From Schmidtea polychroa (lineage: Eukaryota): a stretch of DNA of 64,000 bases. Shown here one piece after another: positions 46,458 through 60,592 of this stretch (position 1 is the stretch's first letter; the number at the start of each line of letters is the position of its first letter). The stretch lies in contig CM097885.1 of NCBI GenBank assembly GCA_044892525.1, forward strand, positions 81,840,001-81,904,000, written 5' to 3'. Under the pieces are notes generated by a model, which was not told the origin of the DNA, ran no database searches, and saw only the letters and a program-made list of their open reading frames with translations. Made by a program: the position numbers and the translations under genes.

Positions 46458-46827
46458 AGTTGATTTGCTCACTCGTTCCGAACATGCTTGCTTGCTGCTT
46501 CCTCGATTTTATATGGTTGTTGTTGATTATTTTTGTTAATATCGATGTTATATTGTCTTTGAGATAATATATTTTGTTAGATTTTTCTCTTCTTAATTAT
46601 TCGCAATTTATATATTAAAATGGAAATTAACATTTTGTGTAATATGAAGTTTTTTATCTGCAGTTGTAATAAAAATAAATGAAATTTTAAAAGAAAACCA
46701 AAAACAAATCAAAAGTGAAGAAAATAATTTAAAATCATTTAATTATACAAATTTCATAATTTAATAATAATAATATTTTAGGAATCGATTTATTTATTAA
46801 TAATATATTTAATATAGAATCTATTAA

Positions 46828-46930
46828 TTAATAATACTAAATCTTTCTATATATTTCCTAATGATTTAAAAATCTATATTATAGATTTTTAAATCACTAG
46901 GAAATATATAGAAAGATCTAGTATTATTAA
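46828..46930. repeat. 103-bp near-perfect foldback palindrome
   Basis: Arms of about 51 bp with only two mismatches. Confidence 0.9.
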
Positions 46931-49319
46931 CTGTCTTATGATGAGTACTTATGCAAAATTGTTGTTACAATTTTTCTTGGCAATTATTATCAAAAATTAC
47001 AACCATCTTATGATAGTACTTACATTGGTCATTCAAGAACATTCATACTTTCTTGTTTTTTTCTGATAGAAAATACCCATTATTGTTTCATATCAGGCGT
47101 CTAATTAATGTGTTGAGTTCTTGTTTTCCTAGATAATTGCCGAAATTTTTCTAATACGACTTCGATAATTCCACCTCTAAATAAGTTTGAGCCATCTGAG
47201 TATTCGGAGTTTTTTAAATGATAATGAAAAGCTTTAAAAATTAGCCCATACTGACAAAACAGCTATTTTATCGGGTCACCGCAGGTTGGTTTAAAAAATC
47301 CAAAATAACAATTGGGAAATATAGAAATTTGTATTTTACATCGAACTTTAGAAAGTCTCAATTTGGAATCTTTGTTTAAAAAGAATTTAAAATTTAAATC
47401 AATACCGATCGTGTATGATGAGACGAACATGAATATAGTAATATAAAATTGATTAGGGGTCCCCAGACAAAATCATTAAAGGAATACAAACTAACTAATT
47501 AATTAAATGTAAAAATATTAATAAAATCTTTCACCCGACGCACTTTAAGAACCACAGGACCAAATTTCACATTTTGTTGGGTTTTACTAATTCAATTCGG
47601 TAACCTCTACCTCCACGTGTCCCTTTAATGGTAAATAACAAAGCAATACAGATGATATTGTACTCCAAACAGAATAATTTAACAAAGTTTGAAATTTGGT
47701 GTTGAGGATCTGTAAATAAATATCATATATTCACCTTATACTTGATCTTTTCAAGGAGTTCCTTTTGCCTACTCTCAAATTTCCTCTTAAAATCCCTATC
47801 TGGGGCTAAATGCCAATTTCTTCCTGGCACTTTCTGAAAATTCCATTGTTACCATGTTATTCCTCATTACTTGTTCTCCCCATGACCAATTTTCCAGATT
47901 TAATTCGAATATTCAAATCTTTATCCATATTTCACAATTCTCATTTTTATGCTTTTCTCCTATAACCTTCTCAAATCTTTGTTCTCTTTTTATTTTTTTG
48001 CACTATCGATTCTCTCCTTGGTCAGATTTGCACCTCTCCTTCATTTAATTATAAATATAATTTGATTTTGATTATTTTATTACCTCAACAATTTGATTTA
48101 GTTATTTTGGAAGAAAATTTTAGTTTTATAGAAACTAGTATGACCTGTTGTATGAGATAAAACTTTGCATGTTTTATGAATGAATCGAATGCACTCTACA
48201 TGAATTGTGAAAGTTTTTGCAATTTAAAATTGTGTGGCACATGTTCCTTCAGTAATAATTGTCGTAATAATGCATTATGGAAAATTATTGCGTAAGTAGT
48301 TATCAAAAAGATGGATCATATTATAGGTCTACGGTATTCTATTGTAAAAAAGGAAATATTAAATGTAAAACTGGCCAACTCGGTAAGTGAGGTACGTCAA
48401 GGGTTTTTTGTAATAATATCAACACACAATTCCAACCTCTGACAAATGGTAATAGTGGATTTTATTTATTTTGAAACTGTCAATTTATATATTTTTATTA
48501 TAACCTTCTGCTTTTTGGGTCATTTTAGCTGAAAAATTATTATTTATAATTTTGTTGGGGTTGTCGGTGAAATGTGAAATTAACAATTACTGATTTGAGT
48601 CCAAGTGTGTCTTACAGTATCAACAAGAATGGCAATTTCTCTATATTATTAATGTTTATTACCTATCACAATTACAATCGATTTGATTTCCGCCATTAAA
48701 ATTACACAAAAGATTAACCAATAAGACAGAGTGATTAATAGTTCAATTAATAACTTGCAAACTTCTTCTTTAATTAACTTCCTCGATAAACTTGTGTCAA
48801 TCAATGGGTTCCTTTAGTTTCTGTTTCCTTTCGACTTCTGTAATACTTTCTCCAAAATGTTCAACTATTTTCTTCTATCTCGTTTTCTCGTAGGTTTTCT
48901 CCTCTGATTTCTTCAGTTGTGTCTCTACCTTTAATAGGCTGTTATTTAGTGTTACCTAGAGATGGTTCCAATTTCGTTTTATTTTCTACAACCTTCGTTA
49001 TTTAAGTTAATGTATTCAAGAAAATAGGTGATTATTATTGCAGAACCAAAGATACATTTTATAACAATATTCGGAGTCGTATTCAATGAAATGTACTGTG
49101 AAGCAAAATCTCCAAAACGCCAAATACACTTAGTACAAAGATGTGGAATTCGATCATCCAATAGAAATGGAAACATCGATTCTGCTCAAATCTACTCGAT
49201 TTGCTTGTGAAAAGATTGATGAAACTAATAATGATGAATATATCTTACCTAGATTGTGAATGTAAAACTTTAAATTTTATTAATTTTGAAACTTTCCATT
49301 TGAAGATTGAATCCGAATG

Positions 49320-50530
49320 AACGAAATTTTTTTCGAATATTTAGAATAAAACACATAAAATCATTGTATTCACATGTGAAACGGAGAAAAAATCATCGCT
49401 TGCTTTCTTGGATCTGTTAATACAACGCAAAGAGAAGCACTATGAGACAGAGATTTATAGAAAACCAACTGATACTGGTCTCTATACTTCTTCCGAAAGT
49501 TTTTGTGAATTCAAGTATAAAAGAAATATGGTGAAGGGGTTGATTTATCGTGCATGGTCTTTGTCTTCTACTTTTAAAAATTCAGTAAGTGTTGACATAT
49601 TGGTTGAATTGTTAATGAAGAACTGTTATTAAAAATCCTTTTTAGTAATTATGGTGGAAGAGACTGTTGACAAATTTATTAAAAATCCTAAGGATCCATG
49701 TTTGAGAAAATCAGGGTGTGATTTTGTTGAGGTATGTGAGTCTGATGAGTTAAATAAATTAAATAGTGTGCGCAAGGATAATGAGCCTAAATTTGTGTTA
49801 GTATTGCCGTACTCAGAAGGTTTTAGGGATTATAAAGTGAAGATGAGAAAGCAGTTAGGGAATTTAAACTATAGGATAGTGTCAACTTCATGGAAACTAC
49901 GCAATATGTTTATTAGTAAGTCAAAAACTCCGGTTGAATTGTGTTCCGATCTCGTTTATCAGTTTACATGTAATGGGTGTAATGCCACATACATTGGAGA
50001 GACTTCCCGTCATCTTTGTAATCGAGCTCGAGAATATTGTAGACCGAAGGCTTTGACCCATATTAGTGAGCACAATAAGGGCTGTAAGATTAAAATAGGT
50101 ATGTCTGATTTTAAAATTTTATTAAAAAATTTCGATAATTATTGGGAACGATAATTATTGATAATTATTGATTTGTGAGGCGTTATTGATAAAGTCATTG
50201 AATCCGAAAATTAATCTGCAGAATGCAGTGAATACTTGTATTTTAAATGTTTTTAAATAAGTTTTTAAATAGGTTTTTTATATTGTATGTATAGATTGTT
50301 GTATTAAATTAAATAATTAATAAAAAATTTTTAAATTATTAAATTAAATTTTAAATGTTAAAGTTTTTAAAAAAATAAAATCTCTTTTTATAAAATGAAA
50401 AAAAATTTTATTTAAATTTATTTAAAATCCTTAATTTAATGAGTTATTATATCCCACTTGATGATGACAGGAAAACTGTCGAAATTAATCGTGAAAAGAA
50501 TGTTTGATTGGCGTTATCTTATAATTAAAT
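49320..50530 (+). mobile_element. 5'-truncated Penelope-like retroelement (RT C-terminus, GIY-YIG endonuclease, 3' pseudo-LTR)
   Basis: FLDLLI, YRKPTDTGLY, VYQFTCNGCNATYIGETSRHLCNR motifs in ORFs 49408-49632 and 49651-50154, followed by an AT-rich tail with a hammerhead motif. Confidence 0.88.
50455..50493 (+). ncRNA. Minimal type I hammerhead ribozyme (C3U variant) in the Penelope pLTR
   Basis: CAC-TTGATGA-T-GACAG-GAAAA-CTGTC-GAAA-TTAA-TC-GTG: stem I CAC/GTG, stem II GACAG/CTGTC, palindromic mini stem III TTAA, UC cleavage site. Confidence 0.65.
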
Positions 50531-52145
50531 CATTGCCATGTATGTTTAACTATTTATTTAGAATCAAAGAACATAAATATCAGAAATTAGAGACAAATTT
50601 GCAAAACAATTAATAATATAATGTAGTTCGTTTCTTTATTAAAGGAATTTAAAAATATTCTTTACACGACATAAAAAGTGGAAGTCAAAAATAATTGAAT
50701 TGTTGCGAAAAACATTTGAATGGTATCAACAATCAGCAATTTTTAGGACATCTTACAACAAAAATGGTTTGATTTGCGAGGAAAATTACTAGTTTTATTA
50801 TTTTAATGGTATTTTGTGTTATTAAAGAACAACTTCTTTGTTCTTTTTTTATCTTGAATTTCTTTCATTTCTACGAAAGAATGGTAATGCCAAACTATTT
50901 ACACCAGGATTTATAGAAAATTTCACAATGGTATTTGGTATATTACATTGTCGTACTGAATCATTTTTCTCTATTAAAATTGTATTCATCAAAGCCTTGA
51001 AATTCCAATTGGCATCGATGCATAACCTCAAAAGTACAAATTGATATGTTGTTGGGTTATTATTTATTAAAGTCAGCACTTTGACTTTGATTCCTCGTGC
51101 TCTTTATCTCATTTGATCAAATAAATCTCAACACAGGGTAATTTTTTTGAAACTCAATCAATTTTTTACAATATTGTTAATCACACTTTGAATCTGCACC
51201 TTTTGACGATAACCTCAATATAATAACCCCAATAAGAAACATCTTTATTTATCTATATTAACTTTTCACCTGCTTATTTGATTGTGACTGAGTAAGAATA
51301 ACAGCCACCATAAAATGACCAGTGGGTCACGGAGTGACCCAAAGCATCATTTCATGTTACCCATTTCGAAATTGTAAATTAGTCTCTAAATCAATAAATA
51401 TATTTTTTATTTACAACAATCGTATATAAAATTGAAATTTTTCCTCGCAATTGTTTTTGTTGCACATGGCTCGTGTTTCCGGCATAGCTCAAATCGCCAT
51501 TCTGGTCGTAGAAAGAAATGAGATAATAACGTTGTGTCGAGTCAGATTATTTTAACTATTTTATTTAAAGCGGTCTTACATAGGGTTGCCTACCCATAGA
51601 TCGGGTTAAATCATTTGAGTTAGTATTATTTGATCAAGAGCACATAGAGTCAGATTAGCAGTTTTATTCTACCGAACTATATAAAATAAGTCAACAATTA
51701 ATTAATTTCAATTAATTCTCTGTAATCATAAAAATTTTCTCATCAATTACTATGCGATAATTATTAAATTTTGTATTGTTGCCGTCCTTTTTGTGAATTT
51801 TGTATATGATAATAACCTTTTTCATTGCAATGATTCAAACACGTTCTTTATTCAATGATAACCGTTCTGTGTAATTTGCCATTTCCACGAGGGGCCCTGG
51901 CTATGCAAATTGACCAAAATTAGCTGAATCTATAAAATTAAAATAGAAAGTTACAAATCATTGAAGTTCTGTCAAATGTGACTTCCTCGAGTAAAATTAA
52001 ATAAGAACTTTGGTATTTTCATTATAACATCAATTAAAAACATAAATAAATCTCAAACTGTCAAGCTCCTTCCTGATATTAACGGTAAAGACATATAATC
52101 TACACAATATAAGATCATTATTAGTATGAAGAATGTGAACAGGGG

Positions 52146-52555
52146 TCAATACAAAAATTGTTCACCTTGTTGGAATCTAGAAATTGTGGAAGATTGCGGT
52201 CTCAACTGACCCAAAAGCCGGGTTTTATGTGAGCATAATAATGGCCGTTTGATAGCCACTGTATTTTCTGTTTTTGAAGTTGGAAAAGTCACAGCTTTGT
52301 TTTGAGGATTTATGAATTTTGATTTATACTCACTTAACTGTAGCACTGGATCAGCTGCCACGGATTCGACATCAATACTATTTTGATTACGGTTTTTCTT
52401 TCTTAACACCTCCATCAAGGAAGAGAAGATTTTTCTTTCTGAAAAGTCGTTGAAATAGGCATTGTCAATAACATTTACGCATACCATATGGATCATTGAG
52501 GTTCATGGATTTCTTGAGGTAGTCACTGATTTGGTAGCTTTGTTGAGTATTAATA
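52146..52555 (-). CDS. Putative exons of an unidentified host gene
   Basis: Open exon 52438 to about 52159 preceded by a 46-bp GTATGC...TTTTCAG intron (52439-52484); no domain recognised. Confidence 0.35.
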
Positions 52556-52859
52556 GCAACTGTGTCATACTAAGTTAAAAAATGTTTATATTAATCCATT
52601 TTTCACATCAAGGGGCATATATTGGTATGACATTTAGTCTTCATATTATATTCATGTTATAAATATTATTTCAACAATTCAGGAGAACATAATATAATAT
52701 GAAATTTTGAGAAAACATTTATGATAACATGCGAATTTATGTTTTACCATAAAATTCCTCACAGTAGCCATTGTTGGATTCTATGCAAAATTTAGCACTT
52801 CAAATCTTAAACTGACTCTTGTTATTATTTCTTATAACTTTAGAGCAGCCTAAAATCCT

Positions 52860-52960
52860 TTTTAAACTGCTTCAATGTCAGGAATGGGTTTTGAATGAAC
52901 AAGAACTTTCAAGACTCCCCAAAGTATCAGTCAAGCAGATTTAGATCAGGAGACTAACAC
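52860..52960 (-). pseudogene. Tc1/mariner transposase C-terminal remnant
   Basis: SPDLNLLD / LWGVLKVLVH across a frameshift resembles SPDLNPxD..WG.LK. Confidence 0.45.
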
Positions 52961-54367
52961 TACTCGACATATTCACAATTTTATAAATTAAAAATTTTTT
53001 GAAGTATTTTCATATTATGAGTTTTTATGAACTTTATCGTCAATTTTATACCTTTGAACTAAAATACTGAACCTACGCCATACGTGTCACTGTAGTAAGA
53101 TGCAAAGTTTCCAGGCCAATTACTAAGAATTAGAGTTTTACCCATTATCAGGTAAATTAAAAATATTTAATAAGAAGTTGTTCTCTTAATTCTCCAATAC
53201 ATTATTTTATAATTCTTTGTAATTTTAATGAAATATCGAAAAAATATTCAAATAATTTTTTTTAAAAATTCGCATGAAATCCAAATATCACATCACATTT
53301 TTTGAATGGGAATTTGGGAATAAATGAAAAATCTCGTTTTAGTTTTTGTTGCATTTTTAACAAAGAATTATGGAGGCAAAGTGAAGTAGTGACGATATTT
53401 AAATTGATATATTGTTTAAATATTCAGATTTGATAATAAATAAATATTTGAAAATAATGTGTTAGTTAAATGACTTATAATGAAAATGTTACTGAAGTAT
53501 TGGTGTAGAACAGAGGTGGGGAACCTGCGGCCTTTTGGCTATTCTAGTGCGGCCTTTTGAGTAATACCGATTTTTGTTTTTGATAAGATTAATGATGAGA
53601 AGAAATTACGGTAAAAACATACTACCTTTTGTTTTAAGTAAAATAATTAAATGATCTTTTTTCCAAAAACTTTCTTTTTCCACTTTTTCAAAATTGGGGC
53701 TATAAAAATTTTAAAAACCCCAAAGTAATTTTTTAACCAGTGTCGTTAAACACGGCCGCTATTTTACTACCTCTTTCTTCTTCTGTACAAGTTTTTTTAA
53801 TGGGGCTTTTATATTTTAAAAATTGAGCCATTTTTTGATATTTGTGAGTCATTTGGGGAATATGCAGCTGTTATTGACTTATTAATTGTGGAATACAATG
53901 AAAGGTTTACCGATTTTGAAAAAAAATGAAACAGCAATGAAATTGGCGTTTCAGCCTCACCTAGTTGAAATCAACGAGGCACCTATAGATCTACAGATGG
54001 AATTAATTGAACTCTCTGTTGATGATATTTTAAAATCATTGTTTAATACTAAAAAGACCCAATTGAAATTTGGAAAACTGCTTTAGAATATCCACGTCTT
54101 CGACAACATGCCAGAAAAATGCTTTCTTGCTTCTCAACAACTTACTGCTGTGAATCATCATTTTCTTATTTAACGCAAATAAAGTCCAAATTACGAACTC
54201 AAATAACTGATCAACATTTAGAAGACCAACTGATACTGCGAACGTCTATGCTTGAACCGAATATTCAAATGCTTTCTAACAAAAAGCAGAAGCAAATAAG
54301 CCATTAAAAGTTGATAAAATGAAACATTAACAAATATTTTTAATGATGTACAATGTATATATGTATT

Positions 54368-54635
54368 CAGGCCCCGCGTGAGGTGGGTACGATGCGTGAT
54401 TTTTACGCAGGCGCCACGGCGGAAAAATACAAAAGGCGGAAAAATTGTACAGAAATAGTTTGCTTATATATTAAGATTTTTATGTTTTTATAATAAATAT
54501 GAATTAAATTAAAAGTAATAAAGTTATATTGTTTTGTTATGTATGCATTTATCGTTTTTTTTACTCTTATTATGGAATGCGAAGGCGGTAATATGCAATT
54601 TTCACACATCATCTGAAACTCTAGTGCCGGTGCTG
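54368..54635. mobile_element. hAT-type MITE, nested
   Basis: Imperfect TIRs CAGGCCCCGCG / GTGCCGGTGCTG; perfect 8-bp TSD TATGTATT. Confidence 0.75.
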
Positions 54636-54707
54636 TATGTATTATGTTTTATGTATGTATAACATTTTTTTAACAATATACAATATAATAAATTAGATTT
54701 GTAAATA

Positions 54708-54934
54708 CCGTATATACTCGTGTATAAGCCGATTCGTATATAAGCCGAAGTGAGTTTTTATAGTCAATTTTTTGTCCAAAATCAAGTACCCGTATATAAG
54801 CCGAGGTAAAAAAAAATAGCTAAAATCTGACGAATTATTTAAATAATCACAAAATCTTGTTTTTGACATGTTAGCTTAATAATTAGCTTAAAAAATTGCC
54901 CAAAATTTCTCGGATTATACACGAGTATATACGG
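54708..54934. mobile_element. pogo-type MITE, nested
   Basis: Perfect 20-bp TIRs CCGTATATACTCGTGTATAA with TA flanks. Confidence 0.9.
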
Positions 54935-55256
54935 TATATATTTTTTTCATAAAAGATTATTTTAAATTGCGTTTTGGCTAATTTATAATGTGAATTAAAA
55001 TAAATAGTTCATAGAGGGGTTAACGTTTTATTTACTGCGGCCTTATGTTAAATCAGATAAGTGAATGTGGCCTTTTGAAATGAAAAGGTTCCCCAGCCCT
55101 GGTGTAGAAGAAAATACTCAAACGTAAATATATTCAGGAACATTATTTTTTTTGTTCACTTTGAATCTGTTTCTGGTTTTTTTAAACATTTCATTTATTT
55201 TCATTAAGAATATAGATCAAAGATTTAAATGAAAAATACAAAAATTATTCTAGATA

Positions 55257-55527
55257 CAGTAACTACTCTCTTATCCGCCATTTTCTGGAATCCGCAAATT
55301 ATTTTTTGCAAAAATCAATATAAATAAGTGTAATTTGGTTTAATAATACAGAGCACAGAAAAAACGAAAATTTAATATGACTTTGGATAACTGGATAATA
55401 AAGAAATGATTTGTTTTCTAGATTTTTTAATAAATTCTATTATTTTTTACTCTAAAATCCATCATTTTTTAGAAACCGCCACCTTCTTTCATAGTCCCGT
55501 TTTTGGTGGATAAGAGAGTAGTTACTA
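55257..55527. mobile_element. Tc1/pogo-type MITE
   Basis: TIRs CAGTAACTACTCTCTTATCCGCCA / TGGTGGATAAGAGAGTAGTTACTA with TA flanks. Confidence 0.85.
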
Positions 55528-55731
55528 TAATTGCCTATATCAGTGACCGGCACATTTTTTAAACAATAAATTATGCTTTAATTATTACGAGCACCGCGAA
55601 GAGAAAAATATTTTAAATATAGTAGATCTTTTCCCCTACACGATACTTTCAATAATTAAAAGTATAATTTATAACATTTTATGGTCAAACTTTATTATAA
55701 TAATTGTTGAAAATTATTTTAATGCTTAATG

Positions 55732-56712
55732 CACCGGTTCCCAAACTGTGGTACGCGAACAGGTGATAGGCGATTCGCCAAAATATTTTCAAATTCTTTA
55801 ACTTAAATATTTTTTTATTTACCGAATTAGTATTTAACTGAAAGTCTTGTAATAAAATAAAATATAATTTTTAATTAACTAATTTAATTCACATAATCAG
55901 ATATTTTCAAAATTTGTTTTGCGTTAGTATTGTTGTATCTACTCTGTTGTGAAGTTCATCATCAATTAAAAAATCTTCAGCCATTTAATACAAACAAAAC
56001 TAAAATAATGGAGAAATGGATAATTTCGAGCTCTTTAAAATGGAAGAAATATGATTCTGAAGATATTGAAGGTGAATTAGGACTTAAAAATCACGATGAT
56101 TTCAATTGCAATGAAAAAAAGAAAAAAAGCTCCTACTACAAAAAGGTACATGAAGACTTTATCACTAGGATTCATTGTGTGCGAAGACCAAACAAATCCT
56201 CAACCACAAACAGCTCATTAAAACCTTTTCTTCTTAGACATCATTTGGAAACTCGACATAGTCATTTAAAAAATAAACCAATTGAATTTTTTCAGAGAAG
56301 GAAATGTGATATGAAAACTGAGGTTAAATCAATGATGTCTGTTACAGGAATTAATGCAAGAGCATTAGAAGCTTCATATCTTGTAAGTTTAAGAATAGCT
56401 CAAACTGGGAAACCTCACACAATTGGCGAAACTTTGATACTCCCAGCAGCTAAAAACATGGTTTCATGTATTCTTGGAGAAAAAGCAGCCAAAAAACTCA
56501 ATCTTATTTCTTTATCTAATAACACAGTCTGTCGACGAATTCAAGAAATGGCAGAACAAGTTAAAGAAACACTTGTGAACAATGTCAAAAAGAGCAAATT
56601 CTTTTCACTTCTTTTAGATGAGAGTACATATGTGGCCAATTTTGCTCAGCTTATGGCTTATATTAGGTGTGAAGTTGTTTTAATGATTAATGTTTTAATT
56701 AAATCAATATAA
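55732..56712 (+). mobile_element. Truncated hAT Buster/ZBED8-like transposon
   Basis: Left end CACCGGTTCCCAAACT; ORF 55930-56712 with LRHHLETRH, ALEASYLVSLRIAQTGKPHTIGETLILPA, LSNNTVCRRI, FSLLLDEST. Confidence 0.85.
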
Positions 56713-58182
56713 AAAATTTTGCAAGAAAATTAAATTTCTTTCCTTACTTGACATGGGCCAAGATTGGTGGCATATCTCTGAATGATTTTTTGAATGGGTG
56801 CTAGTAATATTTAGTAAAATTACTTGTAAATTCTCAAATGCAGTCAAATTGATTAAGTCGCAATATTCAAGTCTCATTGCTCATATAACAAGAGAAAATG
56901 TTGTAGTAAATAAAGTGTTGTGGAAAATCAATAAGAATCTGATTTGTAATCAAAATATATTCATTATTAATCGCAATTCACGTTTTCATGATGCCTTTGA
57001 AGAAATTGAATATAAAGATGGTGAAAGCTGGTTTGTAAATATTTCAACACAGGGATATAAAATGGATTAGAAAGATGTCATATCACCGATTTGGGGATTA
57101 GATAGTGCTCGAATTTCTCTGGGGTTTTAATAAATGTTTAGTTTTTAATGTCTTTTAATATAATTTTTTAATAGCAGAATGGGTTTTCTTAAGTATAGGG
57201 GAATAATTTGTATCTTTTAAAAGTTGCAAATGAGTGTGCATGTAAAAATTGGCTGAAAGAACATTGTTTAAGGTTTAAGATGATGTCATTTTGTAGATAT
57301 TTAAATTCTATCTATATATTGTTTGAGTGAAAATATCTGAAGTTGTGTAAAAAGATGTGTAAATTCAAAAATGGCGTACTAAAATTTCATAATTTTGATT
57401 ACGCCATAATCTCATTTAATAGAGAATTTAATTTCAAGTACATTAATATACAGCGTTCTTATAAAAAATTAAATGATGTAATTAGCGTTTTTAAAATTTT
57501 AAACATTACGTAATTAATGACTAAAATAATAAATTTAAATATTACGTAATTATTGATTAAAAAATTATGGGGGTGGGGAAAAATTTTTTTAAAAAGTAAG
57601 AGGGTGGGGTACCTAAAAATAGGTACCCCTATTCGCCCAAAAAAAAGTCTGTGAGAGTCGAGAATTCCTGTTGGGATGGAGTCCACACATCTATCGACTA
57701 TCTACTAAAAATCCTTTGCGGGCCTGTCAAAATCCCTTCGAGGCCCGTAGGTTATCGTTTAGTTGTTTTACAATTCGTGTTTGTTTAAATTTCCATTCAA
57801 ATATTACTAGAAAATATTATATTTTATTTTAATTAATTTTATGCTCAAAAAACATTCCTAAGTAAATAGAACTTATCAATGACAGCAAATTCTATGAAAG
57901 GAAAATATATTAAAATTTAATCACAGAGGTAAAAAAATATCCTGATAAGAGTACGGATTGAAAGTATTTGCCCCTGCAATTAGTTTTATAAAATAAAAAA
58001 ATTGAAAGAAATTGTCACCAGATTATGCTTTCTGTATCAAGCCATTTTAATTATTAATTAAACCAATTATTATCCCGAATGGGAGCATTCTGTCAAATTC
58101 TTAGATGTCTACACGTGGAAATCAGTCAAAAAGAATATTAACGCTCGAAATTTTTTGACTTTTACTCATTTCGTAAATATTT

Positions 58183-60592
58183 TCACTTTCTATTAAAGCG
58201 AAATTTTGCAAATAAGTTATTAGTATGAAAACTTACGTGCTTATCAGGTCCAACTGCAATTGAAGTCTTTTTTTGAGTTCGTTTAGAAAGTTGATCAGCA
58301 CTCATACATCGATATCGCTGGATCGAATCTCTAGTATAAGGACGGCANNNNNNNNNNNNNNNNNNNNNNNNNNNNNNNNNNNNNNNNNNNNNNNNNNNNN
58401 NNNNNNNNNNNNNNNNNNNNNNNNNNNNNNNNNNNNNNNNNNNNNNNNNNNNNNNNNNNNNNNNNNNNNNNNNNNNNNNNNNNNNNNNNNNNNNNNNNNN
58501 NNNNNNNNNNNNNNNNNNNNNNNNNNNNNNNNNNNNNNNNNNNNNNNNNNNNNNNNNNNNNNNNNNNNNNNNNNTACCTGTTTCAAATTTGGTGTTAAAA
58601 GTAATTTGGTTATTTTGCCTATAGCTGCCAGTATTTGGTCTCACAAAAGGACTAGGGCATCTATGTTCACGAGAGGGCCCGTTTTGAGCTGTTTGAATAC
58701 GATAATTTTGTAGATCGGATTTTTTTGTGAAAAATGGGGTGGGATCCTTCCAAGTCATCCAATGAATATTATCATCTTCTTGCTTCTTTTCAATTTTATT
58801 TTTTATTTCATTTTCTGCATTTGAATTTACTGAAAATAAGATTTTTATTATTATGAATTTTTTGGAGTTGATAAAGTATTTATTTAAACTTATTTAACAT
58901 TTGAGTAAGTTTAATCTATTTAATTGCTAAAAATATTATAGTTAAACAATATTTTAAAATTTTTTGTAAAATATTATTGTAATTTTGTTGTTAATATGGA
59001 ACTTTTAAGTTTAAATTAATAAAATGAATTATTTAACCAATGTTTAAATTAAAAATTAAAAATTCTTTTATTAGAATGTACTCAAAGAAGAAATAATATT
59101 TTGGCCTTTCTGCCTCAGGACTAAAATAGAATAAAAGTGAAAGTACTGAATTCTCCCTAATTATAAATATTTTTTTTGTTCTAGTATTTTGGTATATTCT
59201 TTATGGCATAATTGTGAGATTTAATACTTTTTATCGGGTTTTATTTTTGAGCCTAAACAAAATAATAAAAATTATTGTTTCCTTCTTAATCTGTTGGCGT
59301 TATGCAAAATTGTGTGTAAAGCAATTAAAATATAAAATTTAACACAAAAATTAAATTAAAGCGTGAAAAATTATAAGAAAATTAAAATTTGATAAGTTTC
59401 CGCGGAAAGGGTATGGCAGGTAGCAAATGAAGAGATGAATACAAATATAATAATTTTAAATCGATTGAAGGTTCCTAGTAAATCCCCGACAAGCTAAAAT
59501 AAAATATTTTAATTTTTTTATTTGGCTTCTCGTAGACAAATAATTTAATTTGAGAACAATTGATGAAGATAATATAAAATGAGTAAAATACATATCCGTA
59601 TTCCAATAAAATTTTAAGAGAGAAAGCAGCCAAACGAAAGGCAAAAATTAGAGAAGATGTATTCAGAAAGAAATTTTATTCAAACGCTAAATCACTTTCA
59701 TTCAGCTTGAGGTGGTTTCCGTTTGGAAATACTACCTGGCATTAATATTAGAAGGGAAAATAGGAAACAATTGTGATTTTGTGGTATATATAAAACTTTT
59801 ATATTCAAGTAGGGTTTTATCCAAAGAAACTAAGCTTCCCCTGAATGAAATGCATCAACAATGGAACACATTTAATTACTCATACATTGCCGATGATAAA
59901 TTATTTAGTAAAATATAGTTACTAAAGACAAAAGCTCGTAAAGTTCTGAAATGAAACCATGTATAAAATGGCTGGTTTAACGGGATCAACGATTCTCTTT
60001 CTGTTCTTCGTTCTTGGTCTCTATTTGTGTTTCTTATTTAAATTTAAATTTATCTAATATCATGCATTTGTTAAAATTTATGTTCTTAACTATTTCAAAA
60101 AATTTCAGATAAGGAAAATAATTGTTAAATCTTTCTTTTGTTTATATGCATCAGTTAGGCAAATTGAGTTTCTGCAGCACTTCCGATTGTTTAATAAATA
60201 AATTTTAATACCAATTTTTTGTTAAGAAAATCAAATTAATAACAATATTAATAATAATAATAATAATACCTTCTCTATCGATAGCAGATGTTGAAATATT
60301 CAATCTAATATTGCCTGGCGATTCCCGATGGTGATTTTCCGGAGCGCAATGCTTGCAATCTTTTTCAAGTTTGATATCTATGGATGCCACAGGGATCTTG
60401 TTGTTTTGTAAGTAACTGTGAACGCTGCTGTTGATAATTTCTTTCAATTCTTCTCGAATCATCGTTTTGAATTGAGGCTACCAAAAGACAATAGATCAAA
60501 TCAATGAATATTTTCCAACTTACATCGCTTTTCAAATTGTTAACTGACCTCGTGCCGTTTCTTCGAAAAGAATTCGTCATTTGGCGATTCAT
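58183..60592 (-). CDS. Putative multi-exon host gene of unknown function
   Basis: Exon 60592-60524 joins exon 60477 to about 60270 in frame through a 46-bp GTAAG...TAG intron; further open segments flank the gap at 58348-58574; middle exons unresolved. Confidence 0.4.
58348..58574. other. Assembly gap
   Basis: Run of N. Confidence 1.

Larger units (their letters stand above)
53511..55101 (+). mobile_element. Non-autonomous hAT (Buster/SPIN-like) with C-terminal transposase remnant
   Basis: TIRs CAGAGGTGGGGAACC / GGTTCCCCAGCCCTG; perfect 8-bp TSD GTGTAGAA; LQMELIEL and FSTTYCCESSFS..TQIKSKLRTQITD.HLE motifs (53886-54307). Confidence 0.92.

Noticed and set aside
47740-49200. LINE (APE/RT) remnants
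   Set aside because: Only vague, stop-riddled resemblance with no diagnostic motif recovered
57580-57740. GGGGTACC...GGTACCCC hairpin as a Helitron end
   Set aside because: No CTRR terminus at the expected distance and no other Helitron hallmark
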